DNA of 64,000 nucleotides from Octopus sinensis (Eukaryota): NCBI RefSeq assembly GCF_006345805.1, contig NC_043004.1, positions 83,576,001 to 83,640,000 of the forward strand, read 5' to 3'. Shown piece by piece: positions 1 to 11,171 of this stretch (position 1 is its first letter; each line of letters starts with the position of its first letter). The notes under the pieces were generated by a model. It saw only the letters and a program-made list of their open reading frames with translations, ran no database searches and was not told where the DNA came from. The position numbers and the translations under genes were made by a program.

Positions 1-494
1 CTTTCGGCCAGATAAGCCATCGTGGGACTGCTTAAGTTGCTGAAACTTCGAAATCACCGTCAATGATATTCTTGTTTAAAAATGAAATATACAAAGAAAC
101 ATACATATCCACACATTCAGACAACTCCAAATAGTGGTCAGAATTTACTGTCTTCGGTGAGAATGAAAAAAATATGGAATCAATGGATAGCAACACTCGA
201 AGTAAAGGTGCAGATTATACTGAACATCGAAATTTTTACTTCTGACATAAACTGAACAATTTTAGGAAGAATTATATTTACGCATAATTTTGGTCTACAA
301 GACATAATCAGCACTCTGTAGTGTTGCCTTGAATTAATTAAATTCGTGCATCAATTGATGTATGTACAAATTATATAAAATAAGCGTATTTTTGTGTTGT
401 GGAAAGAGACGAGTCATGACACCTGTAAAGAGATATAAACACAGAGAACGACAGCAGGATAAACGTAGAGAAACACACAGGTAACCAACTAATA

Positions 495-514
495 CTATAT
501 ATATATATATATAC

Positions 515-568
<54 letters not shown>

Positions 569-678
569 TTATATATACTATATATATATATATATATACA
601 TACACACGTGTCTGTGCATCTCTCTCTCAATCTTACCATATATATATATATATATTATATATATATATATATATATTC
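495..678. repeat. (TA)n microsatellite, interrupted
   Basis: Directly visible; explains ORF 334-639. Confidence 0.95.
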
Positions 679-1343
679 AGAAAACGAGATCAGTGGGAAT
701 ACAAGCATATACAACATATATAAATATACACAGACGTATATTCAAGCACATATGCACGTGTAAATATACATACATATATCAATACATGCATGCTAGCATA
801 GTTGTGTTTAGTGAAGAAGAAATTAAATTCCATAAGTTTACAAATATTATAAACCAATTTTTCTAAAAAATGAAACACTATATATATAACCAGAGGTTAA
901 ACTGTTAATAAAAATAAACTCGATAGGAAATAACTGGAACTTTAACTGCGGTAAGATAATAAATGTATACTTACCTGAAAGTTTTTGCTACACACGCGCG
1001 CAAAATTGCTCGTTTTAAGAGTAGTCGCGATCAACTCACGTACATTCAAGCAATATTATTGATGGAAATAATTAAAGAATACATTATGCTTCATATTTTC
1101 TGCATTTTCTTAATATTTTATTCGTTGAATTCATATTCATACTCATATTTTTCGATATTTAAATTTTTTTTTTTTAAAGAAAAATGCCTCTTTACAAAAT
1201 AAGATTCAATTGAAGGAAGTTATAACAATATTAGTGAGGGTACGTACATAAAACATAACAAAATATAACAGCATAAATATAATTGAATGGTAGAAATTGT
1301 TTCATATCTTGTATGCGCATATGTATATACAGTGTATGTATGC

Positions 1344-1397
1344 ATATATATATATATATATATACATATGTATATATATATATATTATATATATATA

Positions 1398-1456
<59 letters not shown>

Positions 1457-1462
1457 ATATAT
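1344..1462. repeat. (TA)n microsatellite
   Basis: Directly visible; explains ORFs 1283-1492 and 1287-1682. Confidence 0.95.
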
Positions 1463-1643
1463 CAGTATATATGTAAATGTAAATTCATATAAATGTGACA
1501 TATATTTATGTTTGTTTGTAAATTTGTATATGTGTGTGCGTGTTTGTACGTGTGTGCCTGCGTGTATAAAGCCTAGCTTAAATTACCTACTTTGCTTTCC
1601 GCGCTTTAAGCAGTTAAAATTGTCATTGCATGTAAGTATACTA

Positions 1644-2695
1644 CTACAGATAACATATAATCCACATAGATGCAGTCGGTAAATGCGATTTTCCACGCGT
1701 AAACATCTTAACCTTGTTATATGATCGAATGTTTTCTCCAAGAAGTCGAGCTAAGTTCACGTCACAATGCTTGTATTGCTCATATATGCAATCTGCATAT
1801 ATTTCTACCGAACCCGATAAAGATTTTTCTCGTTGCCAATGTGAGTAATACAGCCTCTTCAGGCAAGTTTTTGTAATATCTTCTTGAATAATATTGCAAG
1901 TTTTTGCCGGCAAATCCTTCAGATACTCACAGAGAATATGCCGATCACGTGCAAACTTCACAGCTTTAAGGATATAATCAGATTTATTATCATCCAAATC
2001 CGCAGAAGATAATTCCCAACTTCATCACGTATACATTGAACGGTTCCGTGAAAGTGAAAACGTGCGCAGAAAGCTCTGTATACCCAATCCAATGTCGCGT
2101 GAACATCTACATGAGTATGCGGATAACATTTTAATTCAGGTCCAAGTAATGGATATAACTGAAAATATTGATCCGAAACAATACAAACGTTGCTTTTAGC
2201 CAAAAGAACGTATTTCGCCCAAGTTATAGCGACGAATTCACTGCATTTATGTATTCTGTCATAGTAGCAGCGAGTATCCGGGACACACCAGGTATAAATA
2301 TGCCAGTCAAAAATCTTCATACATTCCATTGAACTGCTTGCGCATGACTTCTTGCTTTCATTTATACGGCGATACTGGTTACACAGATACTTGTTAGCTT
2401 CTTTCCAACGTGCCATACTTGTGGAATTTCGCATTAAAGTGTCTAACGGATGGTTGGACTTTAAACTGTATTTTATTATACAATCAATGGTCAGGTTAAA
2501 TGACGGTTTACAAACTGCTTCTTTTCTTTCATCCTCATCGTGACCTTTAAGTTTTCGCTTCCGAGCCAACAACATACATTTCTGAATTTCCGACTGTTTG
2601 GGAATTTCAGTGTCGTTTTGACATCTAACAACGACGACCAGCACGATAATTGCTAAAATATAACCCATCAAGCAAGGGATGTTTACTTTCATCAT
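1644..2695 (-). CDS. Putative secreted cysteine-rich glycoprotein (~350 aa if repaired), interrupted by one frameshift near 2015-2017
   Basis: ORFs 1958-2761 and 1644-1997 join into one 351-codon frame if one base is added to the CCC run at 2015-2017 (reads ...CIRDEVG-ELSSADLDDNK...). The first true ATG is at 2695 (the track start at 2761 is GTG). The N-terminus MMKVNIPCLMGYILAIIVLVVVVRC looks like a signal peptide. There are 18 Cys in the mature part and 5 N-glycosylation sequons (NDT, NLT, NST, NES, NKS). No family is recognised with certainty. Confidence 0.7.
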
Positions 2696-2762
2696 CTTCA
2701 CCAAAGGTGGAGTTCTACTATAACATATAACTTCAAGTAACCCACTGTTATAGTAACACACC

Positions 2763-2770
2763 CTTATATA
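2763..2770 (-). promoter_or_regulatory. TATA-like box (TATATAAG) upstream of the secreted-protein gene
   Basis: The minus strand reads GATATATAAGGG about 70 nt upstream of ATG 2695, with an ACAGT Inr-like motif about 24 nt downstream. The sequence is AT-rich, so a chance match is possible. Confidence 0.4.
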
Positions 2771-2938
2771 TCTTTCCTTCTATTTCTTCGGCTTCCGCTT
2801 TCATTTGAACAGTATTTTTGTAAAAAAAACAAAACTGTTTTCTTTCCTTATACGAATATTTCTAAACGCATAAAACAACTACTGTTTTTGTGCTTTTTCT
2901 TTATTTATACTTCTGGAACTTTTGTTGCGACTGGCATT

Positions 2939-2954
2939 GCTGCTGCTGCTGCTG

Positions 2955-3014
<60 letters not shown>

Positions 3015-3030
3015 TAACAACAACAACAAA
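2939..3030. repeat. Compound trinucleotide repeat (GCT)n(ACT)n(ACA)n
   Basis: Directly visible, about 250 nt upstream of the secreted-protein ATG; explains the poly-S and poly-T ORFs. Confidence 0.95.
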
Positions 3031-4319
3031 AGAAGATTATGATGATTTTCGTGATGATTATAAACAAATTCGGTCTGTTACTTTAAATAACACGGCTGCT
3101 GATGATATTCGCAGCTATACATTACATCTAACTTCAGCAGTCCTAAACATACATACATACATACATATATATATATATACATAGATATATGTTTGTGTGT
3201 GTATGTATATATATTTTCTTTTTTACATTAAATTGCATACATATATATACATATATATATACACACACACATACCTTTACATACCCGCTCATAAATGTAT
3301 GTAATTTTCGTAGCTTTCATTATTTTTAATTTTTTTTTTTTTTGGTAGGGGGTCTCCTCATAGTGGGCTTGTTATATACGTGCATTTCTCACCAATATTT
3401 ATATGAGACCGCTGAGGCTAATAAAGGGACGATTAATATAAGAGGTCTAAACTTAGAGACAGAATTAAATAATATTCTACTGTTTTTGCCATTCATCGGT
3501 GTTTATTTCTGTATAAGAATGTAAGATGTGTTGGAAGCTGTAGGGACGAAATTGGTCGTGATTCCTCTATTTTTTGCTTTCTCTTGTTTTTCATGTATAC
3601 ATCTCCTCAACTTGATTCCTCCGATGGTCAATCTTTACCGTGTGGAATCGATCCCTTGCAAAGTATTTTCCGTAAATGTTCTTGTTGCACACTAACTCGC
3701 CCCCAAAACACACATACACTTGTAGCATGTTCTTCCAATTAATTTGATCAAGTGACCGCAAGGTATGTCAGAAATACTTTTCTGTGTACGTTCCTGTCGT
3801 GCGCGCATTAGCACCAACACTTTCACGGAAGGGTTTGTTGCTGATAAATATATTTGTGACTGTATAAAAGTTTGATAAATATTTACAATAACACCATACT
3901 CTTTCAATACTAACTCTAATTCTAACCATAAACCAAAATTTGTCAACTGTAAGGCCGGCGCTCGACCCTTGCGTCCCCTGCATACGCAAGGAGCCTCCGA
4001 CAAGAACTGGAATTACTATAATGTAAATCTTAAAATTCGATGTTACACACGACTTATGTAATTTTAAGAAGAAAAAGAAACATAGTTCTTTCTAAATAAC
4101 GATAGGTCTTCACACGGATGCACGCCCGGTGAAAATTCTTATTACATTGATGTCATTCATTCATTCATTTGGTCCTTTAAGCAATATACACTATTGGATA
4201 TCTTTCAATTTATACGATAAACTTTATAATTTTTAAAGTTCTATATTCCCGTGACATAAGTTAGAGACACCGACATGAGTTATTCAAATAATTGTTTGTG
4301 GAATGGAGTTAATAAAATT

Positions 4320-4645
4320 AAGTAGAGTACATTCGATATTTCATACTTAAATCAGATATGACTATTTCTACTGGATAGGGATTCAAAATGTTATATCTTG
4401 ATAAAATTCCAATACATAATTTGAATATTTTTGAAACAACTCGTCCGATTAACACTTGATGTTTCACATATAAATCCGTTGTGAGTATTTATTGTTGGAT
4501 ATGGATTGAAAAATACTATATATATTACCTATTTTTAGTATTCTTGGTGCAACTCGACTTATTAACACTGGATATTTCTATTTTAAATCAAATGTCAGTA
4601 ATTATACTTGGATAGGGATTTTAAAATATTTTATGCTGATAACTA
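4320..4645. repeat. Old diverged tandem repeat, period about 115-120 bp, about 3 copies
   Basis: GATATTTC..TAAATCA..GGATAGGGATT..AAAAT recurs at ~4337 and ~4571; CAACTCG..ATTAACACT.GAT.TTTC recurs at ~4437 and ~4549. Confidence 0.45.
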
Positions 4646-4899
4646 ACATTACTTACTAGCCAGCAAAAAGGAGAGCAACGCCTCCTCTCCCAGAAGAACG
4701 GTGTGCGGCCTTCTTCTATACATTTCCCTATACCTTCTCAGTTTTACCACATGATGAAGGGGAAGAGGTTGCAGAAATATCTCCCCTGCATTTCCAACCT
4801 CCCCGCCTCCCTCTCCCGAACATTTTCTGAGCAAACCACTGCTATATACTTTAACTACTAGCGAGAGATTGCGGACGGCAGGCATCCGACCGGACAGAA

Positions 4900-5892
4900 A
4901 AGCAATATCACATTTTCGTGACATTTTTATTATTTTTAGCTAATTTTGAGATGGTGATCTGAAATATGGCTTCCGTTGGTTTCTGACATGTTAGGCTTTC
5001 ATGCTATAGCATATCCCTTTTCTTTATGATGTACTGTATAAATAAGTTACTTGGCCAAGATAGCTTTCATCTTTATCGCTTCAAATCTCAAATTATAATA
5101 TCAATGGAATATGAAATAATAAATGAAATGTAAGATAACATCTCCTTTTACTAAATACATTCTCTAATATGATGGACAAAACGCAAACCATCATTACTCA
5201 TAGCTTCATATACATGGAACAAATTTCCACTAACGAGAATGCCTCATGTCTACACAACCTATTTGTGTGCTCCAACAGTACTTTCTCGTCGTGTGTGCGT
5301 TCCATGGGCCTTGATAGTTCTCCTCCATAATCTTGCTTGAGGACAACACTGACCAAGCTCATCACTTACGCCTCTAAGATTAGCAGGACACTCATCAAGA
5401 TGACTATTGAGGAAATGAAGCTTTATGCTCATGTTGCAGCCTAAAAGATGAAAGACACTAAGTGATGTCTCCTCCAAAACTGTGAAGTCTGCAGCCGTTT
5501 CACCCCATCTCATATCCTTTCACAACAGCCACAAATGAATTCCATGATCTTTTTCTCGTCAGTCATTGAGCTCGAGATATTCTGGCCTATGATAACCATC
5601 AGCCATTATTTTATCATAATTTAGGCCAAGAAATGCACATATGAATTTAAAAGTTACCTTCCGCATTAAGAGTGGTGAGAAGATGATTTTCACGCGCTCA
5701 ACAGGTGGTTCGTATAAGATATTCTTCTCCCGAACAGTCAAACTTTTCTTGACTGGCCAGATTTTTTGTTACCATTTCTTGAGAAATTTCAAGAACATGG
5801 AGCTATGAATGGGGCCAATATGTGCCAGCCCATAAAAAATAAAAACAACTCGACGTAATGGAAATAAACTATTGCCATTTTTAAACTCAGTG
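4900..5892 (-). mobile_element. Degenerate Chapaev3-like (CMC group) DNA transposon fragment
   Basis: Minus-strand peptides WPVKKSLTVREKNILYEPPVERVKIIF and LGCNMSIKLHFLNSHLDECPANLRGVSDELG match the motif LGCNMSxKxHFLHSHLDxFPENLGxVSDEQGERFHQD, which I recall from Chapaev3 transposases. The element begins CACTG at 5892. Frameshifts and deletions are present. Confidence 0.65.
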
Positions 5893-5974
5893 ATACCACA
5901 TTATACACAAACCGGTTTCAAACTTAGGTCAAACTTAGAAAAAAGTTAGAATTTGGCGGCCAATATATTAGAAG

Positions 5975-6095
5975 CAACAAAGAGAACTGGAGCAACGGGT
6001 AACAAAGTGTCTGGCTCAAGAACACAAAACACAACCCTGACGGGAATCGAACTCAATATCTTATGATTCTGAGTTCGACGCTCTAGCATCTGACC
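5975..6095 (-). mobile_element. tRNA-derived SINE fragment (family E)
   Basis: GAACTGGAGCAAC..AAAGTGTCT.GCTCAAGA.CAC..GGGAATCGAACTC; same family as 38630-38912. Confidence 0.65.
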
Positions 6096-6129
6096 CAAGG
6101 ACATTCACGATGATCGTTATACACCCATC

Positions 6130-6950
6130 TACTCAAACATCCAGATTTTGCACAAGCGCATTTTACTCGCATTTTGCATGACAATGTATCTGTTGATTTT
6201 TCGATTTCTATCACATTAAGTTGCGCAGAAATAACAATGCTTTTAATTTTCTAGCATTACAGCATGAGCAAACATGGCAGTAACATGTTCTAGCTTTTTG
6301 CCTTTTGATGCAATACATTTGTTTTAATTAGGACTTCTATTATGCATCATTGATAATGTCAATAATAGTACGTTATTATACAGCAGAAAATGCATTAAGA
6401 GTGGCATCATATACATATTCAATTTTATTTTCCAATGTAATTAAAACTTCTGCTTTAGAACAGATGAGGGGAATAGAATACCGTGAAATCTGGGAAATAT
6501 GGTATATGAACTCCATACCGGAATATTCCGAGAATGACGGCTTGCTTTGCTGGGAGGGAGATTGGTATATAGGAACACCCTTGTTCCTATTTGAATTAAG
6601 TAGCGGAAAAGTGACACAACACATCGGTTTTCCTGCTGTAGTGTTGAATGTGATACCGCATTTTGGTATCACTTCTTTCCATAATTTGTTACATCAAAAG
6701 CCTTTGATAAAGTTAAAGAAAACAAAGTACAGACGCTTATGATCTGCTATAACTGGCACATATGTAAATACATACCAATGATGTCACCACAATTGAGTGG
6801 AATGAGCAGTGTTCTAACAAATATATTCCCGATAGACGTCTGAAGCACCATTACTCAACAGTGATTATTCGTTGGGTGTCTTCCTTCTCTGAAGACGTGA
6901 ATAACGTTTTATGAGACATTAGGTGAGATGTCTTCTACTCTCGGTTTATA
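6130..6950 (-). mobile_element. Highly degenerate RTE-like LINE relic
   Basis: Broken minus-strand peptides SIGNIFVRTLLIPLN and LYFVFFNF/SKAFDV resemble the RT motifs IAGKILARVLLNRL and LYxxFVDLTKAFD. There are many stops. Confidence 0.4.
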
Positions 6951-7026
6951 ACAACAGTGTATGAATGTTAAGTGTTACTTATTCACTTCCAAGTCTTCCT
7001 ATTACAGCTAATATTTTACTGAAGTT

Positions 7027-7230
7027 AAGGCGACGACCAGGCCGGGCGAAATGCTTAGCGGTATTTCCTCTGCCGCTACGTTGTGAGTTCAAATTCTGCC
7101 GAGGTCGACTTTGCCTTTCATCCTTTCGGGGTCAATAAATTAAGTACCAGTTACGCAGTGGGGTCGATCTAATCGACTGGAGCCCTCCCCAAATTTTTTG
7201 GGCCTTGTACGTAGAGTAGAAAAGAATATT
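7027..7230 (+). mobile_element. SINE family A (tRNA-like head plus Nin-like GGTCGACTTTGCCTTTCATCCTTTCGGGGTCGATAAATTAAGTACCAG core)
   Basis: The core recurs more than 20 times in the window on both strands; B-box-like GAGTTCAAATTC. Confidence 0.9.
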
Positions 7231-9141
7231 TCACTGGATTTGAGTCTCTGTTCCTTTGAGAAAAGCTTTCCTTTTTCAGTCTTTGCATGTCACGTAGTGC
7301 AGTTAAATTATTCATTATTGATGTTTCTCCGTTAATGTCCCTGCAATTATTTCTTTGTTGCGCAGTCACAATTTAAGCATCAATCATTTTTACTTCTTTT
7401 CCATCACCTGTTGACACTTGTATATTACGTCATGAATTTTGCTTTGTATTTTATAATGAAAATCATCCAACATACTACACACGGTGTGTAGAATAGCAGT
7501 GAGCAAATATTTCAATTACAATTAGCAGATAATATCTGTATTTTAAAATCTTTGGTCTGAATTGTTTTCTGCTTTTGTTCTTTTCTAACACCTGACATTG
7601 TTCTTCGTTGCAGGTGTATGTTTATAGATTACCACATTTGATTCCTAGAAAATTTGCCTTCCACAGTTATTACATAAGTCATTTAGGCAGCCATATAAAG
7701 CGTCTCTTTCATTGCCAGCCAATTACACTCAACATGTATCGTTGACCATTACAATTTCCGATATTATTATTTGCTAATAAATATTTACTCTAATGATTAT
7801 GAAATGCTTATAGGAAATGAAAATCTTACTCTAAACTTCAAATTCCTCTATGTCATTTATTCATTACAGACATTTTCTCACCAGTCATTATATAATTACA
7901 TTCTATTGGTATCATACCATCATTTGAATATTATAATTTTTAAATAAACAAGATAGCCTTTAGTGTAAACGGATTCCACGTTTATTATTAACGAATGTTT
8001 TCGTTAGATATATATGAATTTATGCATTCATTCTGTTCTCAGAGTTGTTTTACTTGCTATCGCTGCTTTCCTTTCTGTCGGCGTGTTTGTTATTATTTTT
8101 GTGGGGAATGGCCGTTTTTTATAATGTCTTATTATATAGATCCACCAGTAGTCGTTTTCTCAACATGTTTCATATATTTAATTGCTAATATTTCAGTGTC
8201 TCTACAGCAGGAGTTAGAATTGTTTAAACGTCGGGCAAAGTACTTGATGCCATTTCGTTCGTCTTCATTTTGAAATATCACTGAGGTCGACTTAATCTTT
8301 CATCCTTTTGGTGTCTATAAAATAAGTAGAAGCTGAATTTACCTCCTCCGACGAAATTGCTGGCTTTGTACCAAATTTGAAACCAATAGTTTAGTAGCTC
8401 TTACTTCAAACTTATATGAAGCATAGCACGGTCATATAGTTTTAATTCGATCGACAGCTCTGTAATTTCGTTTTCAATTCTCCATGCAGTACCTTCGTGG
8501 CCGTTATTTAGATAGAGTTTTCATTAAGTACATGTATAAGTTGGTGTATATCTAATCGATGTGAAGCTCTCCTCGAAATTATTGGTTTCGGAACAAAATT
8601 TAAAACCATTTACACAGTAGAAATCTAGCGGAATTGATAGCGTACTCGACAAATCTATTTGTGTTTTGAGTTAAAATACCAACGCTGCAAATTTTACATT
8701 TTAACTTTTACGTTCGATAAAATAAGTACCAGTTGTGCACAAAGTTCGATGTAATCAACTTACACTCCCATCAAAATTACTAGCGTTGATGTATTAAAAC
8801 CTTCCGTTTTATAGTAAATATTTCAGCATTTGTAACCTCCTTACTAGAAAACGCTGGTATGGTTAATTTTGCCTGACAGCTATGTAGATTCAGTTTCGAC
8901 TCTTCGCATATCACATTCTATAAATGTCTTCTCGCATAAGAAAATCGTATAAGAAATTCTTTGGGCAGAAAGCTTCGGATTTCATCGGTTGCAGCATTTT
9001 CATTTTCATAATGGAAACTCAGCCGCACTCACTTGAGTGACTTTGACTGATTACACTCTGTTAGTAGGTTTTATTTTCAAAACTCCCAAAGGCGCTTTGA
9101 TTCCAGCTCTAAGAAAAAAATAAAGGTGGCCACTACATTGC

Positions 9142-9201
9142 TAGAATTAGTAACACATTCTCTCTCGAATTTAGAATTAGTAACAAATTCTCTCTCGAAT
9201 T
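9142..9201. repeat. 30-bp tandem duplication
   Basis: TAGAATTAGTAACA(C/A)ATTCTCTCTCGAATT x2. Confidence 0.9.
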
Positions 9202-9472
9202 ATCCTCTTCTTAGAAAGGACACCTTATACACATTAATAAGAGATATAAATTAATAGTCCTGTCAGGAACAGAGAGGATGTTTAGAACGGTGATAACATG
9301 TTTAAAGAAAAGTAGCCGTAAGTATCTACACACTACTATATACACACTAGCACACATGGGTATGGACAGGTGTATAACGTTTTCATTTTTCCTACACCAA
9401 ACCATGTTATGCTTATATCCAGGCAACTAAACCTAGACACACATATATACGTTACATACATACACACGCAAA

Positions 9473-9516
<44 letters not shown>

Positions 9517-9521
9517 ATATG

Positions 9522-9980
9522 TGATTGCTTTTGTTAAGCAGTGTCGATTTTTACAATTCTGTAAATAATAACAGAATTTTATATGCTTAAAGGTTGTAAG
9601 CGATCATTGCGCAATGACTAAAGAAAATCGTCTAATAATGAGGCACATAAATCCCCTCGACGGAAAATAAAGTAGGTTTTCTCGTACGCGTGAGACTCGA
9701 ACCCACACATATTCGTTTCGCGACAAGTGTGCTAGCCATTTACACCAACGAACAACCTGCTACTTTCCATCAGATTTAAGAACTACAATTAGTTCGTAGT
9801 ATTGGTTTTGTCAACAAACTTTCACGTCCTTTTACTGCGATGGCTTTTGTTAAGCAGCGTCGATTTTTACAATTCTGTATATACTAATAATAGTATTTTA
9901 TAAGCTTACAACTTATAAACGATTATCCTGCAATCTATATAGAAAATGGTCTAATAATGGGGCATATAAGCCCTCGACAG
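9522..9980 (-). mobile_element. tRNA-like sequence (9682-9753) bracketed by ~140-bp diverged direct repeats
   Basis: A-box TGGTGTAAATGG, intact T arm GTGGG-TTCGAGT-CTCAC, broken anticodon arm. The repeats at 9522-9663 and 9839-9980 share GCTTTTGTTAAGCAG.GTCGATTTTTACAATTCTGTA...GTCTAATAATG.GGCA.ATAA. Confidence 0.6.
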
Positions 9981-10001
9981 TCAAACGCTATTACAATGAA
10001 G

Positions 10002-11171
10002 TATCAGGCTGTAGCAAAAGTTAGATATATATGTGTTTAACTTCTTAATTCTATTTGAAATACTTCTTTCATTTTATTTCATTCTTTGTTAATTTTTAAA
10101 CTGAAGTTTTTGTATTGGCCTCATGTTCACGCCAAACAAAGAACATATTCGTCAGGTTATTCTTTGTGAATTTCAAAGGGGGATTTGTGCAGGTGTATAA
10201 GCAAAATCGCCCCAGACCATTTATGGTGATAGTGTAGTGTCTAAAAGAAGATACAGAAGATGGTTCACACAATTCAGAAAAGGAGACTATAGCCTGCAGA
10301 ATGAATTAAGAGAATGGCACTCAACAGTATTTGATTCCTGAGCAGTGGAAGTCACTGTTCGTGAACTAAGCATGCCACCATTCACCGTGAATTGAAAAGG
10401 CTTTGTAAAGCGTTAATGTTGGGAAATGGTTCCTGCATGATCTCTCTGCAGACAATCGCAAACAATATGTATACTACTGTGGATCATTGTGACTTTGTGA
10501 GTTGGAAATGCATTTTTGTTAACGAAGTCCTTACTGGAGATGAAGACCGGATACTTTACCATAATGTTAAGGGAATATGTCAGTGGCTCAGTCGTAGTGA
10601 AGAGCCAGTTTTAGCAGCCTTGAAGGGGCCTGTAACCAAGGAAGATTATTCTGACTATATGGTAGGATATGCGTGGAACAATTCATCACGAGCTGCTTGA
10701 CAATAATCAAATCATAACAATCAATGCATACGACCAACAGTTAACATGTTTAGAAGCAGCTTTGCAACAAAAGCGTGCACCATTAAGGGGTAATTTTTCG
10801 TCATGATAATGCATGACTTCCCACCGCACAAAAGACCAGCGATCTTGATAAATATACTTGGGAAATTATGCATCAACCACCATATTCTCCGGACCTAAAG
10901 CCTTCAGGTTACCTTCTCTTCACAAGTTTGAAAAATCATTTGAGTAGGTTAAGACTTGCTTCAAGCGCAGAGGTTGAAAACTAGTTAATTCCCTTTTTCA
11001 CTTCTAAACCTGAGGCATTTTGTGAACGTGGAATTAAAAAGCTCATTGACAGGCGGAAAGTGGTCATAGAGAAGAATGGTGACTATACTATCGATTAAAT
11101 AAATCAGGTGCTGTCTTTTTATTGATTAATGGGTCTTAAAAAATGGACAGAACTTTCGTTGCCACCTGATA
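10002..11171 (+). mobile_element. Degenerate mariner (DD34D) transposon, near full length
   Basis: Imperfect TIRs TATCAGG..AAAGTT / AACTTT..CCTGATA with TA ends. Peptides NKEHIRQVILCEFQRG, RRWFTQFRKGDYSL, TGDEDRILYHN, HDNA, HQPPYSPDLKPS and GIKKLIDRRKVVIEKNGDY, with many stops and frameshifts. Confidence 0.85.

Noticed and set aside
1-330. Possible Penelope relic (peptide KETYISTHSDNSK)
   Set aside because: Only one short motif resembles PYISTHN; too weak to call.
334-1682. ORFs rich in YI/IY/CV repeats (also at 23668-24776, 27667-29550, 44733-45221, 46864-49269 and 56690-57336)
   Set aside because: They are translations of (TA)n/(TG)n/(CA)n microsatellites, which lack stop codons in some frames; not genes.
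4649-4924. 91-aa minus ORF in a GC-richer patch
   Set aside because: No recognisable motif, no splice evidence; length is compatible with chance.
7580-7745. Strong-looking splice acceptor (CTGAC...TTCTTCGTTGCAG|G at ~7613)
   Set aside because: No convincing donor or coding signal follows; the opposite strand looks like an RTE relic (KRRFIWL).
9682-9753. Functional tRNA gene
   Set aside because: The anticodon arm does not pair and the acceptor stem has mismatches; treated as a tRNA-derived element.
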